Of a stretch of DNA of 64,000 bases, positions 62,008-64,000 are shown one piece after another. Numbering within the stretch: the stretch's first letter is position 1; each line of letters opens with the position of its first letter. The notes under the pieces are model-generated. The model saw only the letters and a program-made list of their open reading frames with translations. It made no database searches and was not told the origin of the DNA. The position numbers and the translations under genes were made by a program. Source of the stretch: Thermoplasmatales archaeon (GTDB lineage Archaea; Thermoplasmatota; E2; DHVEG-1); the NCBI GenBank assembly GCA_030672305.1, contig DAOVGR010000039.1, forward strand, positions 2,651 to 66,650. The letters are read 5' to 3'.

Positions 62008-63420
62008 TTAAGCATCTGTTTCTCCACTAAAAGAAGTAATAACTCTCAAACCATTTTTTAACATCCTGAAATCTTTTCGTAAAAAAGCTCGATAAATCTG
62101 ACCAAGAATATAACTAGGTCTGAAATAAAACCGTTTAGAAGCTTCTTCGGTATATTTATTAAGTTCTTCTGCAGTTAAATTTCCTAATCCTCTACGTGAA
62201 TCAGCAATTATCAAATATTTATCCTTTGTATCTTCTTTATTTTTTATTAATTCATCCCATAATTGTGATCCCATCTGGTAGTATAATGGTGAAAAAATTG
62301 CAACATCAAGTGGTAAAGAGCATGCAAAATTTATTGTGTTATTAATGTGTTTTTTTGTTTCCATTGGTGCTCCAAACATGAACGTGGCCATTGTTATAAA
62401 ACCCATCTCATGGCCTAACCGTACAGCTGCTCGAATCTGATCTAAGGTGACCTGTTTATTATAAAAATCAAGGACATCCTGATTTCCAGATTCAATCCCG
62501 TATCCAACAAGTTTAACATTAGCCTTCTTCATTTTCTTATAAACCTCTCGATCTGCTGAATCAACACGAGCACCTTCAATTATTAAATCGACGTTCGTTC
62601 CAATTTCAATAAGGTTATCCATTATTTTATGAGTTCGTTTCTTATCTGCTAGAAAGCAGTCATCGGAGATCATAACCGATCCATATTTTCCATCTATCTC
62701 CTGTATTTCTTGTACCACACTTTCAGCGGATCGTTGTCTAAAACCCCATCCTTTTATAAAATTGCCATATCTCGCACAAAATCGGCATCTGAATGGGCAT
62801 CCCCTGCTTGAAATCATAGAAGTAAATTTTGGTTTAAACAGATATAAATTACCTATCTTTCCATAATCATATTTTTCTACCAGATGACGTGCTGGAAAAT
62901 GAAGAGAGTCTAAATCATTAATCACTTTGAGGGGTTTACCTTTTTTAACTTGGTTATTTTCTCTGTAATATATACCGTGAATATCAGATAGATTTTTTTT
63001 CCCCTGTAAAAACCGAGATATATCCACAATTACATGTTCTCCTTCTCCTATAACACTAATATCTGCATGAGGAATATCGGATAAGGAACGGTCTGGAAAA
63101 AATGTACAATGTGGCCCACCGATGATTAGAGGAATGTTAGAATCTAAATCCTTGATTTTATTAGAGATATCTACAACAGAATTGTAATCGTTGCTATATA
63201 CACTTATTCCAACAGCATCAGATGACATTAGAGAATTTTTTAGGTGTTCTTCTGAGTTGTTCTCCATACAAAGATCAATAATTTCAACTTTGTGACCATC
63301 AAATTCTAATGCCGCGCCTATACTTTGTAAACCAAGAGGCGGGTAAATTGATGGAGAATAGAAGGAGTATATTTCAGTAAGGTTTCTCCGTTCAGGAGCT
63401 CTTAGAAGAAGAAATCTCAT
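62008..63420 (-). CDS. class B (B12-binding domain) radical SAM enzyme
   Basis: N-terminal B12-binding-like Rossmann region (PPLGLQSIGAAL...VGISVY...PLIIGGPH). Radical SAM motif SSRGCPFRCRFCA. The ATG at 63420 follows two in-frame TTG codons. Confidence 0.8.
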   Translation of the reverse strand: MRFLLLRAPERRNLTEIYSFYSPSIYPPLGLQSIGAALEFDGHKVEIIDLCMENNSEEHLKNSLMSSDAVGISVYSNDYNSVVDISNKIKDLDSNIPLIIGGPHCTFFPDRSLSDIPHADISVIGEGEHVIVDISRFLQGKKNLSDIHGIYYRENNQVKKGKPLKVINDLDSLHFPARHLVEKYDYGKIGNLYLFKPKFTSMISSRGCPFRCRFCARYGNFIKGWGFRQRSAESVVQEIQEIDGKYGSVMISDDCFLADKKRTHKIMDNLIEIGTNVDLIIEGARVDSADREVYKKMKKANVKLVGYGIESGNQDVLDFYNKQVTLDQIRAAVRLGHEMGFITMATFMFGAPMETKKHINNTINFACSLPLDVAIFSPLYYQMGSQLWDELIKNKEDTKDKYLIIADSRRGLGNLTAEELNKYTEEASKRFYFRPSYILGQIYRAFLRKDFRMLKNGLRVITSFSGETDA

Positions 63421-64000
63421 CAACAATGCCTCTCTAAATTCTTTCCTATTATTAATATATCATAAAAAAAATCTCCTTATAAAATTTATTAATCCAATAT
63501 AAACCCAACTTTTCAAGTATTTTTTTATATAAATAAAATCCTATTATTTATTCAAAATTCGATAGTTACTTATAATTTACTAAACAAACATTGATTATCT
63601 AGTCAAATCAACAGATAGAATAGTAAAAACAGTACATCTGAATGCAAAAAACTACCAATGAATCGTAATTTTCCAGAAGAAAATTAGAAATTTTTTATTG
63701 AAATTTCCCTGATTTCTTTGGACTATTATTAAGGAAACACGTTTTATCTATATCATCATCTAATTTAACCTAACTTGCTTTAAAACTTGATAGAAATCCA
63801 CCCGGCTTTTCGTATTATAGGAAAATACATTTTATCCTTCAATTGTGACTTTAAAAAAAATTTGATTTTTTGGAAACTATGAATTCCCAATATTACTTTT
63901 TTTTATTTATCTTGGAAGCATCGATTCTCATAAAATCAAATTTTATCTTTGGACAAGGAGCCAGTCGTAGGTTAATGAACATTTTTTTCTTCAAATAATG

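Noticed and set aside
63427-64000. The largest ORF-free stretch in the window (about 570 nt), considered as a replication origin, an RNA gene, or a precursor-peptide locus for the radical SAM. It includes a 39-codon hydrophobic ORF at 63879..63998.
   Set aside because: No ORB-like or other repeated motifs and no stable helices were found. The small ORF has no start context or recognisable leader/core features. The region also runs off the window edge, so its context is incomplete.

Overview
This is an AT-rich, densely coded archaeal chromosomal window. The archaeal assignment rests on an archaeal DnaG primase, Taw3, Thi4, HdrABC, RNase HII, UPF0058/DUF167 proteins, and tRNA genes without encoded CCA. 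About 65 genes lie on both strands.

Gene content, in order:
1. A bacterial-type glnS bracketed by both tRNA-Gln isoacceptor genes.
2. A GGR-family flavoprotein and two paralogous secreted NosD/PKD proteins.
3. Dodecin, a LarA-like protein and another secreted protein.
4. A GlpA-like/NOX-like/DUF1667 dehydrogenase trio, followed by hdrC-hdrB-hdrA and a PflX-type radical SAM.
5. Small housekeeping or unknown genes: MBL hydrolase, PIN, HExxH, Toprim, DUF167.
6. A citrate/TCA block, aconitase-aclB-aclA-monomeric icd. It is divergent from a tandem RAM-domain protein, acs and class I fumarase.
7. nadE, a metallophosphoesterase, purC, metG and dnaG.
8. An IS91-family (Y2 HUH) element.
9. A thiamine operon (ThiR-like, thi4, thiE, thiC, thiL).
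10. A permease, paaK and a saccharopine-dehydrogenase-like gene.
11. taw3, whose 3' end is hit by a single-ORF IS66-family element with an 8-bp target duplication.
12. serC, three stand-alone receiver proteins and tRNA-Thr.
13. A seven-gene divergent biosynthetic-looking cluster: UbiA prenyltransferase, NAS-like protein, sugar nucleotidyltransferase, GT1 glycosyltransferase, CmcI-like methyltransferase, PaaK-like adenylating enzyme and a B12-binding radical SAM.

I saw no CRISPR array, rRNA or prophage.

The most striking observation is that rnhB is split by a 38-nt element. This element folds as a bulge-helix-bulge motif, and its predicted cleavage sites exactly restore the reading frame and the invariant DEAGRG motif. 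It is therefore a candidate endonuclease-spliced intron inside a protein-coding gene.

Other leads:
- the UbiA/NAS-like/rSAM cluster;
- the Glp-like-Hdr linkage;
- the glnS-tRNA-Gln cassette;
- a duplicated promoter architecture driving an ORF-less structured region.

All functional calls come from reading motifs in the translations. No database search was run.
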